A stretch of DNA of 64,000 nucleotides from Nemertoderma westbladi (Eukaryota; Animalia; Xenacoelomorpha). The notes under the pieces are model-generated. The model made no database searches and was not told the DNA's origin. It worked only from the letters and a program-made list of their open reading frames with translations. Below, in pieces: positions 62,712 to 64,000 of the stretch (within the stretch, counting starts at the first letter, position 1; each line of letters begins with the position of its first letter). The DNA is taken from positions 15,324 to 79,323 of the forward strand of contig JAUCBJ010008370.1 of assembly GCA_032718475.1 (NCBI GenBank), given 5' to 3'. Made by a program: the position numbers and the translations under genes.

Positions 62712-64000
62712 TTGAGAAGATAAACGCATTTTGTACTGACTGTATATAGATTGGTATATATAACAAAAAAATATAATACCAGTTTAAAGAAAATGTGAGC
62801 TAATAGTATATGTCTTGTATAAGTAAAATGTGTAAAGTAACTGAACAATAACATAGAGAATTATTAGGATAACGTAAATCAAAAAAAAAAAGAACATTTT
62901 CTAAAAATACTTCTTACTCCCGCACATTAAAGATGGATTATTTGCTAAATAAAACGAATTATGGCAAATATAAACTAACCCTTCCAAAAATGGTTCCATT
63001 CCATAACAATGACAAACAATTAAATCGAACATTAGCTATGTAATACGTTACTAAAAATATACCACATGCCTACACGCAGTACAAAGCTCACCATTGACCA
63101 AATTCCATTAATACTAAACTAAAACTCATTGGAAAATATTTGAAGATTCTATAATACTGTAAAACAAGTAATGGGAACTAATGATGTTATCTTAAAGTTT
63201 TCAACAATCCGTGTAAAATGTAGAAACCATTAGCGTCTCCCATTAATTATTTTAGTTTGTATCCATGACTACACCGCCATCTGAGCCCTCAGATTGGTCA
63301 GTTCCGTCGTCTGTTATTATTGTTGTTTTAACAACCTGCGTCTTTACCATAATTCAAACAGTTAAATTAATTTATCTACTATAGTTAAATGTTTATCTTT
63401 GTGAACCGTAATCTCCATTAACAGCATCGTTGTACGACGGCGGGGTGGAGCTGACTCATCTAGTTAGAGAAAATGCTTCACTCAGATGATAAGTCAAAAT
63501 GCATCATCTTTGCAGAGTTGATTTCGTGACTTTGTGACTTTGTGAACATCATTGTATCCCTAAAAGATCAAGGTGATTGACATCATCCAGTTGTCATCAT
63601 GCCACCAAGAATATCGTCATCGTTAGACTTCATCATATCACCATACAAAATTATAATATATAAGTTACAGATTACCGTCATTAAAATGACACATTTATTT
63701 AATATTGATTAAATATTGTCTTTACAAAAGATTATTAATCACTTGGAAACCAAATCCGAGTCGTAATGATAGACTCCGGATGTCCCAAAAAGACCAAAAC
63801 AAGAATAAAAATAACAAAACCGAAACCGCGAAACCAGGAGAAAATACCAATAGCAGCTCTTTTTAATGCTGCGCAAAACCTAGAATGGTTAAAGTTTGTA
63901 AAATATATATTTATATCATTTCCCACACTCAGAATTAATTGAAGTTAATATCAAACTCCATATCGTAGATATATATACCATTTAACATCGTAATAACTAA

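Noticed and set aside
61859-62854. Three overlapping ORFs (VYIVILCQ, PGLYCHTM, ARFILSYY repeats)
   Set aside because: Artefact of a 24-bp repeat lacking stops on the minus strand.

Overview
AT-rich animal (invertebrate) genomic DNA, not prokaryotic. The window holds the 5' halves of two spliced type IV collagen genes arranged head-to-head. An alpha2-like chain lies on the minus strand (ATG 36139, 14 coding exons, about 748 aa, running off the left end). An alpha1-like chain lies on the plus strand (ATG 37960, 7 coding exons, about 366 aa, running off the right end). All exon junctions were traced by hand and are GT-AG and phase-compatible. An antisense two-exon short-chain dehydrogenase gene is nested in one collagen intron, and a small MGCxxSK ORF sits in another. 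The introns carry non-LTR retrotransposons (RTE-type with (TAG)n tails, a CCHC-type RT, an RLE-type fragment), TA-flanked foldback MITEs, an element with inverted tRNA-like arms, and several tandem arrays. The most unusual signal is that each collagen gene has a multi-kb tandem array (7.8 kb and 5.8 kb) whose unit is the 3' end of a coding exon plus its 5' splice site, giving roughly 140-230 tandem donor-site copies. A two-copy 80-bp version occurs at a third exon. Chain and taxon assignments are inferences, because the NC1 domains are outside the window.
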